Origin: Rhodobacter maris | Lineage (GTDB): Bacteria; Pseudomonadota; Alphaproteobacteria; Rhodobacterales; Rhodobacteraceae | Length of the DNA stretch: 64,000 bases | Assembly: GCA_943369275.1 (NCBI GenBank) | Contig: CALRMS020000014.1 | Location: 747-64,746 of the forward strand | Direction of reading: 5' to 3' | Part shown: positions 28,156 to 36,387 of the stretch, piece after piece | Position numbering within the stretch: position 1 is the first letter of the stretch | How the letters are laid out: each line of letters opens with the position of its first letter | Made by a program: the position numbers and the translations under genes | The notes under the pieces: generated by a model | What the model was told of the DNA's origin: nothing | The model's database searches: none | Seen by the model: the letters and a program-made list of their open reading frames with translations, nothing else

Positions 28156-28695
28156 ATAGCCCGCAGACCCCATAATGCCCCTCCGCAGCGCGAGACGGGC
28201 CCCCGCGTGAACGACCGCATCCGTTCGCCCGAAATCCGCCTGATCGGCGCCGATGGCGAGAACATCGGGGTGGTGACACCCGCCCGCGCCATGCAGATGG
28301 CCGAAGAGGCAGGCCTCGATCTGGTCGAGATCAGCCCGAACGCGGAACCGCCGGTCTGCAAGATCATGGACTTCGGCAAGTTCAAATACGAACAACAAAA
28401 GCGCGAGGCCGAGGCCCGCAAAAAGCAGAAGATCATCGAGATCAAGGAAATCAAGTTCCGCCCCGGAACGGATACCCATGATTACGAGGTCAAGATGCGC
28501 TCGGTGCTGAAATTCCTTGAAGAGGGCGACAAGGTGAAGGTCACCCTTCGCTTCCGTGGCCGCGAAATGGCACACCAGGATCTGGGTCTTGAGCTTTTGA
28601 ATCGTGTCGCCGCTGATGTGGGTGACAATGGCAAGGTCGAATCCATGCCCCGCCTCGAAGGCCGGCAGATGGTGATGATGATCGGCCCCAAGTAA
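28156..28695 (+). CDS. infC: translation initiation factor IF-3, probable ATA start
   Basis: The body is unambiguous ([20 protein letters not shown]...). The in-frame upstream sequence reads [18 protein letters not shown], the conserved IF-3 N-terminus, and begins at ATA 28156 with a GAAGGA SD 8-13 nt upstream. The track's GTG at 28207 would truncate it. Confidence 0.85.
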   Translation: MARRPHNAPPQRETGPRVNDRIRSPEIRLIGADGENIGVVTPARAMQMAEEAGLDLVEISPNAEPPVCKIMDFGKFKYEQQKREAEARKKQKIIEIKEIKFRPGTDTHDYEVKMRSVLKFLEEGDKVKVTLRFRGREMAHQDLGLELLNRVAADVGDNGKVESMPRLEGRQMVMMIGPK

Positions 28696-28718
28696 ATCTT
28701 TGGCCTTATCCGAACCAG

Positions 28719-28749
28719 GGGCGCGTCACCGACGCGCCCTTTTCGTTTG
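28719..28749 (+). terminator. rho-independent terminator after infC
   Basis: GGGCGCGTC-ACC-GACGCGCCC (perfect 9 bp stem) followed by TTTTCGTTT. Confidence 0.8.
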
Positions 28750-28794
28750 AAACGCCGTAAAGCTCCAGCATAACCCGCCGCCAGTGCAACGCCC

Positions 28795-28815
28795 CGATTT
28801 TTCGCAGAAAAATCG
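28795..28815. repeat. single copy of the AT-rich hairpin family (copy D)
   Basis: CGATTTTTC-GCA-GAAAAATCG. With flanks, the 27-mer CCCCGATTTTTCGCAGAAAAATCGCCC is identical to 53317-53343. Confidence 0.85.
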
Positions 28816-28829
28816 CCCTGCCGCGCCGC

Positions 28830-29831
28830 TCAGTCCGGCTCGCGCAATTGCGGGCGCAGCGGAATTTCCTTCAGCAACCCGCCCACACCCATAGCGGCGA
28901 TGTCGGCATCGCCGACAGCCAGCCCGCAGGCATAGCGCTCCAGCACCCAATCCGCCCCGTTCAGCGCGGGGGACCGCGCGCAGCCTGGCAGGCCGATCAC
29001 CGGCCGCCCGCCCTGCCTCCCGTGGAACAGCAGATTTCCGGGATCAACCGGCATCCCGAAGCGAAACACTTCCCCGCCCGCCGCCCGCACTGCCTGCGGG
29101 GCGGTGTCCATAAGGTCTGATGTCGCCGACCCGGTCAGGATCAGCGCGACATCCCCCGGCAACCCGCGCAGCGCCTGCGCGATGGCGCCTTCCTCATGCG
29201 GCACCGTTTCGACGGCCGCCAAGCGCATCCCCAATGCGCGCAGCCGCCCGTCGATCGCCCGCCGCCCTTTTGCCACCAGCTTCGCCTCCAGCCCCGGCGC
29301 GTCGGTCAACACCAGCCCCGCATCGCGCAGCACCACGGGCCGCACCCGGATCGCCGCCCGCGCCGCCGCGCAGGCCGCAACCAAAGCCGCCTCCTCAACC
29401 CCATAGGCGATGATCTTTACGGTCCCCACCAGCGTGCCCGCCGTCACCCGATGAAACGGCGTCAGCGTGGCCAGCGTGATTGCCGGATGGATCAGGTTCA
29501 TCCGGTGGATCGCCGTCGCATCCAGTTCCACGATCCCCGGCCCCACCGCGTGCAGGTTCACCCGGCCCGTAAAGGCCGCGCTGGGCCGCAACCCCTGCGC
29601 CACCGGGTCCGGCACCAGCGCGGCTGCCAGCCGCGCGGCCGCCGCATCCTCGCCCACATCGCCCGCCTCCATCCGCGCCACGGTCACGCGGGCCAGCCCC
29701 GCCGCGCGCAACGCGGCAATCTCGGCCGCGCCCAGCACGATGCCCTTGCGCAGGCGCCCGCCCGGCACCGCCTCGGAATGGGCCAGCACCGCCCCCTCTG
29801 CCACCCCCAGCGCCACCTCGCCAAAGAACAT
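28830..29831 (-). CDS. molybdopterin-binding (MoCF-biosynthesis domain) protein
   Basis: 333 aa directly downstream of the XdhC-family gene (4 nt gap). C-terminal half resembles MoeA/MogA-type molybdopterin-binding folds (LILTGSATSDLMD...). Confidence 0.6.
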   Translation of the reverse strand: MFFGEVALGVAEGAVLAHSEAVPGGRLRKGIVLGAAEIAALRAAGLARVTVARMEAGDVGEDAAAARLAAALVPDPVAQGLRPSAAFTGRVNLHAVGPGIVELDATAIHRMNLIHPAITLATLTPFHRVTAGTLVGTVKIIAYGVEEAALVAACAAARAAIRVRPVVLRDAGLVLTDAPGLEAKLVAKGRRAIDGRLRALGMRLAAVETVPHEEGAIAQALRGLPGDVALILTGSATSDLMDTAPQAVRAAGGEVFRFGMPVDPGNLLFHGRQGGRPVIGLPGCARSPALNGADWVLERYACGLAVGDADIAAMGVGGLLKEIPLRPQLREPD

Positions 29832-29835
29832 GATG

Positions 29836-30849
29836 CTATCCCTTTCGCAGCCGCGCTGTGATCTGGGCCATCACCGATACCGCAATCTCCGCCGGGCTCT
29901 TCGCCCCGATATCCAGCCCCACCGGCGCGTGGATTCGCGCGATCTCCGTCTCGCTGAATCCCGCCGCAACCAGCCGCTCCACCCGCTTGGCATGCGTCCG
30001 CGTCGATCCCAGACAGCCAAGGTAGAACACATCCGATCGCAGCGCGACGCGGATCGCGGGGTCGTCCAGCTTGCTGTCATGCGTCAGCGTGACGATCGCC
30101 GTGCGCGCATCGGGGGCAAGCGCCTCCAGCGCCTCATCCGGCCAATCCTCGACAATCCGTTCACCCGGAAAACGTGCAGCCGACCCAAAGGCAGACCGCG
30201 GGTCGATCACCGTGCAATCATAGCCGCAGATGCGCGCCACCTGCAAAAGCGCCTGCGCGATATGCACCGCCCCCACCACGATCAGGCGCAAGGGCGGGTT
30301 GTGAATGGCAATGAACCGCCCGTCCTCTTCCATCCCCGACTTGTCGGCGCGAAAGCGAGCATCGACCGCCGCCTCGACGCCGGGCCGGATCAGCGCACGG
30401 GTCCAGTCCCCGGTCTGCACCGCCACGGCCAGCGCCTGCCGCGCCGCCCGCGCGGCAACCAGTTCCGTCAGCATCGCCTCCGGCAGGGCCTCCGCCCCGT
30501 CTCCCACAGGCTCCACCAACACCCGGATCGTGCCGCCGCAGGCAAGCCCGACGGCAAATGCCGTCTCATCGCTGACACCAAAGGTCATCACCCGCGATTT
30601 GCGATCCGCCAGCGCCTCCATCGCCTCTGTCACCACGGCGCCTTCGACGCAGCCGCCGGAAACCGACCCCATGATCTCGCCCGCACCAGAAATCGCCAGC
30701 TGGCTGCCCGCCTGTCGCGGGGCCGATCCCCATGTCTCGATCACCGTGGCCAGCACCGATCCGCGCCCGTCGCGGTGCCAGGCAAGGGCAATCTCCGGGA
30801 TGCTGTCATGTTCGCTGCGCGCGCTCTGTTCGGTCATCGGCCCCTCCAT
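29836..30849 (-). CDS. XdhC/CoxI family molybdoenzyme maturation protein
   Basis: 337 aa. N-terminal XdhC_CoxI motif region (LATVIETWGSAPRQAGSQLAI...GSVSGGCVE) and a Rossmann-like C-terminal half (RLIVVGAVHIAQAL). Alternative start at 30837. Confidence 0.8.
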   Translation of the reverse strand: MEGPMTEQSARSEHDSIPEIALAWHRDGRGSVLATVIETWGSAPRQAGSQLAISGAGEIMGSVSGGCVEGAVVTEAMEALADRKSRVMTFGVSDETAFAVGLACGGTIRVLVEPVGDGAEALPEAMLTELVAARAARQALAVAVQTGDWTRALIRPGVEAAVDARFRADKSGMEEDGRFIAIHNPPLRLIVVGAVHIAQALLQVARICGYDCTVIDPRSAFGSAARFPGERIVEDWPDEALEALAPDARTAIVTLTHDSKLDDPAIRVALRSDVFYLGCLGSTRTHAKRVERLVAAGFSETEIARIHAPVGLDIGAKSPAEIAVSVMAQITARLRKG

Positions 30850-30912
30850 CCGGGCCGATCATGCGCTGCCCGCGCCGACTGCGCCACTGGCAAAAGGTGG
30901 CGATGGCAGGCT

Positions 30913-31554
30913 TCAGGGCCGCAGGGCCACGCGCGGGTCTTGCCCTGCTTGCGGCTGCGCCCAGATGCCCTGATCCGCGGCGATATCCGCCCAGGCACGC
31001 TCTTCGGATGCAACGCCCTCGCAAGGCAGGTTCTCTGCCATCACCAGACAGGGGCTGCGGGTCACCACCGCATGATAACTGATCGTCCGGGCCGACAGAT
31101 CAATCCGCGCCAGATGCGGTGGAAGGCTCGCTGCCGTCACCAACACGCCCGGTCTGCCCGCATGAATGATCAATCGGTGCTGCTGGGTCACATAAAGGTC
31201 TCGGCGCGGCTTGCCGGGGCCAAAGGCATTGGCCGAAATCACAACCGGATGGCGCGGATCGCCAGCCCAACCCGGCTCCGGACGCATGTCCCAACTGCCT
31301 TGCCACAGCACGAAATGCGGCCGCCCATTCGGGTCCAGCACGGCCTCGCCGGGTTCGATATCTTCCACCGGAGTCGGGCCATCCGCAGTAAGCAGCCGCG
31401 TCCCACGCGCGAAACCGCGCACCAAGCCAGCGGCAGGACCAAGGCCCGAAGCAAGGCCCGAAGCAAGGCCCGAAGCAAGGGACGTGCCCGAAGTCGCGCC
31501 GGGGATCGGCTGACCAAAGGGAAAAAGGGGCGGGACAGTTTCCATGAAGGTCAT
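30913..31554 (-). CDS. Hint (Hedgehog/intein-like) domain protein
   Basis: About 213 aa from ATG 31554 (or 31545). GTRLLTADGPTPVEDIEPGEAV ... LYVTQQHRLI pattern typical of Rhodobacterales Hint_2 proteins. Contains an (SGLA)n repeat. Confidence 0.68.
   Translation of the reverse strand: MTFMETVPPLFPFGQPIPGATSGTSLASGLASGLASGLGPAAGLVRGFARGTRLLTADGPTPVEDIEPGEAVLDPNGRPHFVLWQGSWDMRPEPGWAGDPRHPVVISANAFGPGKPRRDLYVTQQHRLIIHAGRPGVLVTAASLPPHLARIDLSARTISYHAVVTRSPCLVMAENLPCEGVASEERAWADIAADQGIWAQPQAGQDPRVALRP
31441..31480. repeat. 12-bp in-frame tandem repeat inside the Hint-domain gene
   Basis: AAGGCCCGAAGC x3.3 on the plus strand, encoding (SGLA)n on the minus strand. Confidence 0.85.
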
Positions 31555-31625
31555 AACGACAAGATCGCCGTTCTGTATAGGCCGCTGCACGCATGTTCTG
31601 CAGGCCAAGAAAAAAAGTTTCCCGC

Positions 31626-31664
31626 AACAAGAAAAAGGGCCGCGGGTCTTTACACCCACGGCCC
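31626..31664 (-). terminator. rho-independent terminator after the OmpA-family gene
   Basis: On the minus strand, GGGCCGTGGGT-GTAAAG-ACCCGCGGCCC (11 bp stem, one G-U pair) followed by TTTTTCTTGTT. It separates the OmpA-family gene from the Hint gene. Confidence 0.75.
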
Positions 31665-31687
31665 CCTTCACAATCCGGTCAACCCGG

Positions 31688-33820
31688 TTACTGGATTTGC
31701 GCGCTGCGCAGCAGCGGCGTGATCACCCGCACCGCCACACGGCGGTTCTGCCGCTCGGCCTCTTGCGTCTTGATCCGCAAGTCCGACTCGCCATAGCCCT
31801 GCACGACAAGGTTTTCCGGCGGAACATCAAAGTATTCCGTCAGCGCCAGCGCCACGCTTTCCGCCCGGCGATCCGACAGCGTTAGGTTCAACTGTGCCGG
31901 TCCGACCGCATCGGTGTGACCTTCGATCAAGAAGATCTCGTTCGGGTTCTCATCGATCATCGACTGCATGAACCGCCCGAGCGAGGCCAGCGATTCCGCT
32001 TGCCCGGCCTTGATCGCGGCCGAGCCGCTGTCGAAGGTGATGGTGTTCACATCCACCGTCGCCGCCAATTGCCGCACCTGCGGGATATCGCGGATCTGGC
32101 GCAGACTGAAGCTGCGACCCACTTCCTTGGTATCCAGTGCCGCCATGCGGGCCCGCAGAAGGGCATCCTCTTCCGATGTTGACAGGCTGATCACCCGGCC
32201 CCGCGGTGCGGGCAAGGTCGCCACGTCGATCCGCTCTTCCGGATAGAGATCGTCGATCAGCACGATCTCACGGCCCAACTCGTCATAGGTGGCACGTCGC
32301 AGCACACGCCCGGTCGCATCGCGAATGGTCACGACCTGCGTGCCGTCGCCACGCTCCACGATCGTGCGGGTCGATCCATCGCGGAAGCTTTCGGTCCGCA
32401 CGTTCGATCCCGGACGGCGCAGCAAGGTGTCGTCATCGCGGTAGAGGTAATAGTCGCCATTCCCGCGCTGCACGACAACGCGGTCACCGGTATTGGATAC
32501 AACCTGATCGCGGTTGGCGTTGATGATCGCCCCCACGGCCAGCGCGCCCAGCGCCACAAGACCGAACTTCTGCAGATCGGTCAGACCGCCGTCATCATTC
32601 GATGCCGCCGCCGCAGCTGCCAGATTGGCCGAAGCCGGGGCCGCAAAGTCCTGGGCAGAGCTGCGGGTGCTTTCCTCGGTGATCTCCTGCACGATCACGT
32701 CGGTTGCATCAGGCGCTTCGGTGATGACCACGGGCTGCCCTTCGGTCACCACAACCGGGGCCAGCGCCGCCGCTTCGCCCAAGGCTGCGGGGTCCACGCC
32801 TTCGGGTGTGGCCAACAATTCGCTCAGGGTTTCAACGGCTTCATCAGTGGGGGCCTCAGGGGCCGAAGGATCAACCAGAATGGCAGGATCGGTTACCGCT
32901 TCGACCACGGCCTCGGCAGGCACTTCTGCAAGCGGTTCCTCGGTCGCGGCCTCTTCGGTTGCAACACCCTCAACCGGGGCTTCTTCGGTCAGGGCTTCAT
33001 CCGTCACCACACCTTCAACAGGCGCTTCCTCGGTCGCGGCTTCATCCGTCACCACGTCTTCGACCGGGGCCTCTTCGGTCACGGCCTCATCTGTCACTAC
33101 ATCTTCGACAGGCGCTTCATCCGGCACGGCCTCGTCGGCCACGACACCTTCAACGGGCGCGTCTTCGGTCACGGCCTCGTCGGCTACCACACCTTCAACG
33201 GGTGCTTCTTCGGTCACTGCCTCCTCAGCCGCCGCAGCTGCGGCCGCATCGGCTTCGGCTTTGGCCGCTGCCTCGGCTTCAGCTGCCGCTGCAGCGTCAG
33301 CCTCGGCTTGGGCCGCCGCTGCCGCCGCGGCTTCCGCTTCGGCCTGCGCGGCGGCTTCTGCCTCTGCCGCTGCTGCGGCCTCTGCCTCTGCCTGCGCTGC
33401 GGCTGCGGCTTCTGCCGCTGCTGCCGCCTCTGCCTCCGCCTGCGCTGCGGCTTCCGCTTCTGCGGCGGCGGCTGCCTCGGCTTCCTGTTGTGCTGCTATC
33501 GCGGCTGCGGCTGCCGCTTCTGCCTCGGCCTGCGCCGCAGCTTCGGCTTCTGCCGCCGCTGCCGCTTCTGCTGCTGCCGCGGCCTCCGCTTCCGCGGCCG
33601 CCGCTGCTTCGGCCTCTGCGGCTGCGGCAGCGTCGGCGGCAAGTTGTTCCATCACCGCATTCAGATCACAGGGCACTTCGCCCCCAGCCTGACACAGGAT
33701 CGTGCCATCTTCCGCGACAATGCTGCCGTCCTCGGTCATGGTCTGGGCCATCAGCGGCAGCGGGCCGATCTGCATCAGCGCCACCGACAGGGCCGTGGTC
33801 GAGATCAAAAGCCTTCTCAT
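31688..33820 (-). CDS. OmpA-family protein with long Ala/Glu-rich and acidic 15-aa repeat spacer
   Basis: 710 aa from ATG 33820. Signal peptide MRRLLISTTALSVALMQIGPLPLMAQ and C-terminal OmpA_C-like domain (FDSGSAAI...LIEGHTDAVGPAQLNLTLSDRRAESVA...RRVAV). Followed by a strong terminator. Confidence 0.8.
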   Translation of the reverse strand: MRRLLISTTALSVALMQIGPLPLMAQTMTEDGSIVAEDGTILCQAGGEVPCDLNAVMEQLAADAAAAAEAEAAAAAEAEAAAAAEAAAAAEAEAAAQAEAEAAAAAAIAAQQEAEAAAAAEAEAAAQAEAEAAAAAEAAAAAQAEAEAAAAAEAEAAAQAEAEAAAAAAAQAEADAAAAAEAEAAAKAEADAAAAAAAEEAVTEEAPVEGVVADEAVTEDAPVEGVVADEAVPDEAPVEDVVTDEAVTEEAPVEDVVTDEAATEEAPVEGVVTDEALTEEAPVEGVATEEAATEEPLAEVPAEAVVEAVTDPAILVDPSAPEAPTDEAVETLSELLATPEGVDPAALGEAAALAPVVVTEGQPVVITEAPDATDVIVQEITEESTRSSAQDFAAPASANLAAAAAASNDDGGLTDLQKFGLVALGALAVGAIINANRDQVVSNTGDRVVVQRGNGDYYLYRDDDTLLRRPGSNVRTESFRDGSTRTIVERGDGTQVVTIRDATGRVLRRATYDELGREIVLIDDLYPEERIDVATLPAPRGRVISLSTSEEDALLRARMAALDTKEVGRSFSLRQIRDIPQVRQLAATVDVNTITFDSGSAAIKAGQAESLASLGRFMQSMIDENPNEIFLIEGHTDAVGPAQLNLTLSDRRAESVALALTEYFDVPPENLVVQGYGESDLRIKTQEAERQNRRVAVRVITPLLRSAQIQ
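32930..33225. repeat. 45-bp in-frame tandem repeat, about 6.5 copies, inside the OmpA-family gene
   Basis: Unit starts at 32965, 33010, 33055, 33100, 33145 and 33190, encoding APVEGVV(A/T)DEAVTE(E/D)-type 15-aa acidic repeats. Outer boundaries are approximate. Confidence 0.8.
33226..33645. repeat. GCN/GAR low-complexity tract encoding (AEAEAAAAA)n in the OmpA-family gene
   Basis: About 140 codons that are almost exclusively Ala/Glu, with occasional Gln/Lys/Asp. Boundaries approximate. Confidence 0.8.
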
Positions 33821-33941
33821 CCGAACATCCTTCCAATTGATGCACCCTGTATATGGGCGCAGCTTGGGCCAAATGACCGTCTTTGGCACTGATATGCGAT
33901 ATCATGGGTGCCGAATAACCTATCAATCGGCAGTCAGCCGC

Positions 33942-35204
33942 CTAATCCGCGCCGATCATGGCCAGAAGGCGGGCCTTCTCCCCAGAATCCCGCGCCTCGG
34001 AAATCGCCCGCCCCAAAGCCTCGAGCGAAGCAATGGAATGTCCCGCGCGGAAGCTGTCCACATGCGGCAGCATCGCGCGGATGCCGGTGGCCTTCGGGGC
34101 GAAACCCTCCCACCGCAGCAAGGGGTTCAGCCAGATCAGGCGGCGGCAGGACAGGTGCAACCGCTCCATTTCCGCAGCCAGCGCGCCACTGTCATCGCGG
34201 TCCAGCCCGTCGCTAATCAACAGAACCACCGCCCCTTGCCCCAGCACCCGGCGTGACCAGTCGCGGTTGAAACCTCGCAGGCAGGTGCCGATCCGGGTAC
34301 CGCCCGACCAATCCTGCGCCTCGGCCCCCGCTGCCTTCAGCGCAGCATCGACATCGCGATTCTTCAGATGCCGGGTGATGTTGGTCAGCCGGGTGCCAAA
34401 GGTGAAGGCATGCACCTTGGCCCAGCCCTGCCCTTTGCGATTGGCAACAGCATGGACGAAATGAAGCACCAGCCGGGAATACTGGCTCATCGACCCTGAA
34501 ATATCGCACAACACAACAAGATTGGGCCAGCGAACCCCCGGCGATTTCATCGACAACCGCGTCACCTCGCCCCCCTGCCGCAACGCCGCGCGCAGGGTGC
34601 GCCGTCCGTCGATCTGCCGTCCGGCCAGATCGCCCACCATCCGCCGCGTCAGAAGCGGACGCACCGGCAAGGCAAGCCGGGCCAGCATCTTCTTGGCCTC
34701 GGCCACCTCAGCCAGGCTCATCTGTTCGAAATCCAGCGTCTTGAGCCGTTCCTCATGCGACATGGTGGCCGAGGCATCGATATCCACCCGATCTTCGCCT
34801 TCCGGCGCGTCAGGATTGCGCGCGGGCATGTCGATGCCCTTGCCGTCCAACAGCGCCTCTGCCGCGCGCTTTTCCGCGGCATCGGCGAGGCGGTCCTCCT
34901 GCACCCCCCGCACGGCAGGCAGCAAGAGCGTCATCATCTGTTCCAGAAATTGCGGGTCGCGCCAATACAGACGAAACACCTGATCATAGACCGCCCGTTG
35001 TTCCGGGCGGCTGACGAAACAGGCGTGCAGCGTCCAGTAGAAATCCACCCGCTCGGTGAACCCCGCCGCCTCGACCGCGCGGATCGCGTCGATCACTCGT
35101 CCCGGCCCAATGGGCAGCCCTGCCCGGCGCAGGGCCCGGGCGAAATGGGCAATGTTGTGGGACAGTTTCCCCTCATCGGGCAGCGCCAGATCGGGCATCG
35201 TCAC
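33942..35204 (-). CDS. VWA domain protein, CoxE-like
   Basis: 420 aa. N-terminal CoxE-like region and C-terminal VWA with a MIDAS-like DISGSMS motif. Downstream of the MoxR-type ATPase. Confidence 0.8.
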   Translation of the reverse strand: MTMPDLALPDEGKLSHNIAHFARALRRAGLPIGPGRVIDAIRAVEAAGFTERVDFYWTLHACFVSRPEQRAVYDQVFRLYWRDPQFLEQMMTLLLPAVRGVQEDRLADAAEKRAAEALLDGKGIDMPARNPDAPEGEDRVDIDASATMSHEERLKTLDFEQMSLAEVAEAKKMLARLALPVRPLLTRRMVGDLAGRQIDGRRTLRAALRQGGEVTRLSMKSPGVRWPNLVVLCDISGSMSQYSRLVLHFVHAVANRKGQGWAKVHAFTFGTRLTNITRHLKNRDVDAALKAAGAEAQDWSGGTRIGTCLRGFNRDWSRRVLGQGAVVLLISDGLDRDDSGALAAEMERLHLSCRRLIWLNPLLRWEGFAPKATGIRAMLPHVDSFRAGHSIASLEALGRAISEARDSGEKARLLAMIGAD

Positions 35205-35328
35205 GGCTTGCCCCAGTGGCCATCGGGGGCAGCCTGCGGCCCGCCCCCACTTGCGCGCGCCTGTTCAGCGTCGGCGCAAGCGGTTGGTTTGGCACCATGG
35301 GTATTTGGGCCAAGATGAAACGGCAGGA

Positions 35329-36231
35329 TCATGCAAAAACCAGCCCCTGCCGCACCTCATCCAACAGCTTCTTCGCCTCGGATCCCTGAATCTTCTGGAT
35401 GTCGTCCTGATACTTCAGGATCGCCCCCAACGTATCGGCGATGACTTCGGGCGACAGCTGGATCACGTCCAGCGCCAGCAGACATTTCGCCCAGTCGATG
35501 GTTTCCGCCACGCCGGGCTTCTTGAACAGATCCTCAGACCGCAGGCGTTGGACAAAGGCCACCACCTCTCGGCTCAGCCTGTCCTGCGCTTCGGGCGCGC
35601 GGGCCTGCAGGATTTCCAGCTCGCGCTCGAAGCCCGGATAATCGACCCAGTGATAAAGACAGCGCCGCTTCAGCGCATCATGCACCTCGCGCGTGCGGTT
35701 CGATGTCAGGATCACGATCGGCGGTTCGGGTGCCCTGATGGTGCCCAGTTCGGGGATCGTCACCTGAAAATCTGAAAGCGCCTCCAGCAAGAACGCCTCG
35801 AACGGCTCATCGCTGCGGTCCAGTTCGTCGATCAGCAATATGGGTGCCCCCCCCGCCTGCGGGCGCATCGCGGCCAGCAGAGGGCGTTCGATCAGATACT
35901 CCTCTGTGAACAGCTCTGCCTTCAACGCATCCCGATCCGCGCCACCGCCCGCCTCGGCAGTGCGGATGGCGATCATCTGCGCAGCAAAGTTCCATTCATA
36001 CACGGCCTGCGCCGCATCCATCCCCTCATGGCATTGCAACCGGATCAGCCGCCGCCCGAGGGCAGAGGCCAGGACCTTGGCGATCTCTGTCTTGCCGACC
36101 CCCGCCTCACCCTCCAAAAACAGGGGCCGGCCCAATTTCAGCGACAGGAACACCACCGTGGCCAGCGCGCGTGAGGCGACGTAGCCTTCGCCCGCAAGAA
36201 GGGTTTGCACCGCGTCGATGGTTCTGGGCAT
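35329..36231 (-). CDS. MoxR-family AAA+ ATPase, CoxD-like
   Basis: Walker A GEAGVGKT and Walker B LLIDELD. Start uncertain: 36231 gives the typical 300 aa; 36267 and 36372 are in-frame alternatives. Confidence 0.85.
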   Translation of the reverse strand: MPRTIDAVQTLLAGEGYVASRALATVVFLSLKLGRPLFLEGEAGVGKTEIAKVLASALGRRLIRLQCHEGMDAAQAVYEWNFAAQMIAIRTAEAGGGADRDALKAELFTEEYLIERPLLAAMRPQAGGAPILLIDELDRSDEPFEAFLLEALSDFQVTIPELGTIRAPEPPIVILTSNRTREVHDALKRRCLYHWVDYPGFERELEILQARAPEAQDRLSREVVAFVQRLRSEDLFKKPGVAETIDWAKCLLALDVIQLSPEVIADTLGAILKYQDDIQKIQGSEAKKLLDEVRQGLVFA

Positions 36232-36387
36232 ATCGTGCACCGGGCGGTCCTCCCCTGCTGTGGCCATCCATGCTTGGGCCTGCCCCGGAAAAGGGTCAAG
36301 CCGCCAAAGCCCCGCATGCGACCAATGGAGGGGGGCGATAGAGGATGGCGTTCCCATTCCCCCGCCCGCCATGCTATCGCTTGGCCC

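Noticed and set aside
30913-31554. Hint-domain gene as an intein or mobile genetic element
   Set aside because: There is no host extein on either side, no homing-endonuclease domain, and it is a free-standing ORF with its own upstream terminator and promoter space.
29467-31722. 751-aa plus-strand ORF spanning the XdhC and Hint gene region
   Set aside because: Extremely Arg/Pro/Ala/His-rich translation. It crosses two well-supported minus-strand genes and an intergenic gap, with no motifs.
32514-33892. Several long plus-strand ORFs (392, 344 and 194 aa) over the Ala/Glu repeat region
   Set aside because: They are the Ser/Ala-, Pro/Leu/Arg- and Cys/Gly/Arg-rich alternate readings of GCN/GAR repeats. 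The minus-strand frame links a signal peptide to a bona fide OmpA_C domain.
28830-36231. Calling this a carbon monoxide dehydrogenase (cox) locus
   Set aside because: Only accessory-type genes are present (MoxR, VWA, XdhC, molybdopterin-binding). No coxL, coxM or coxS-like structural genes occur anywhere in the window.
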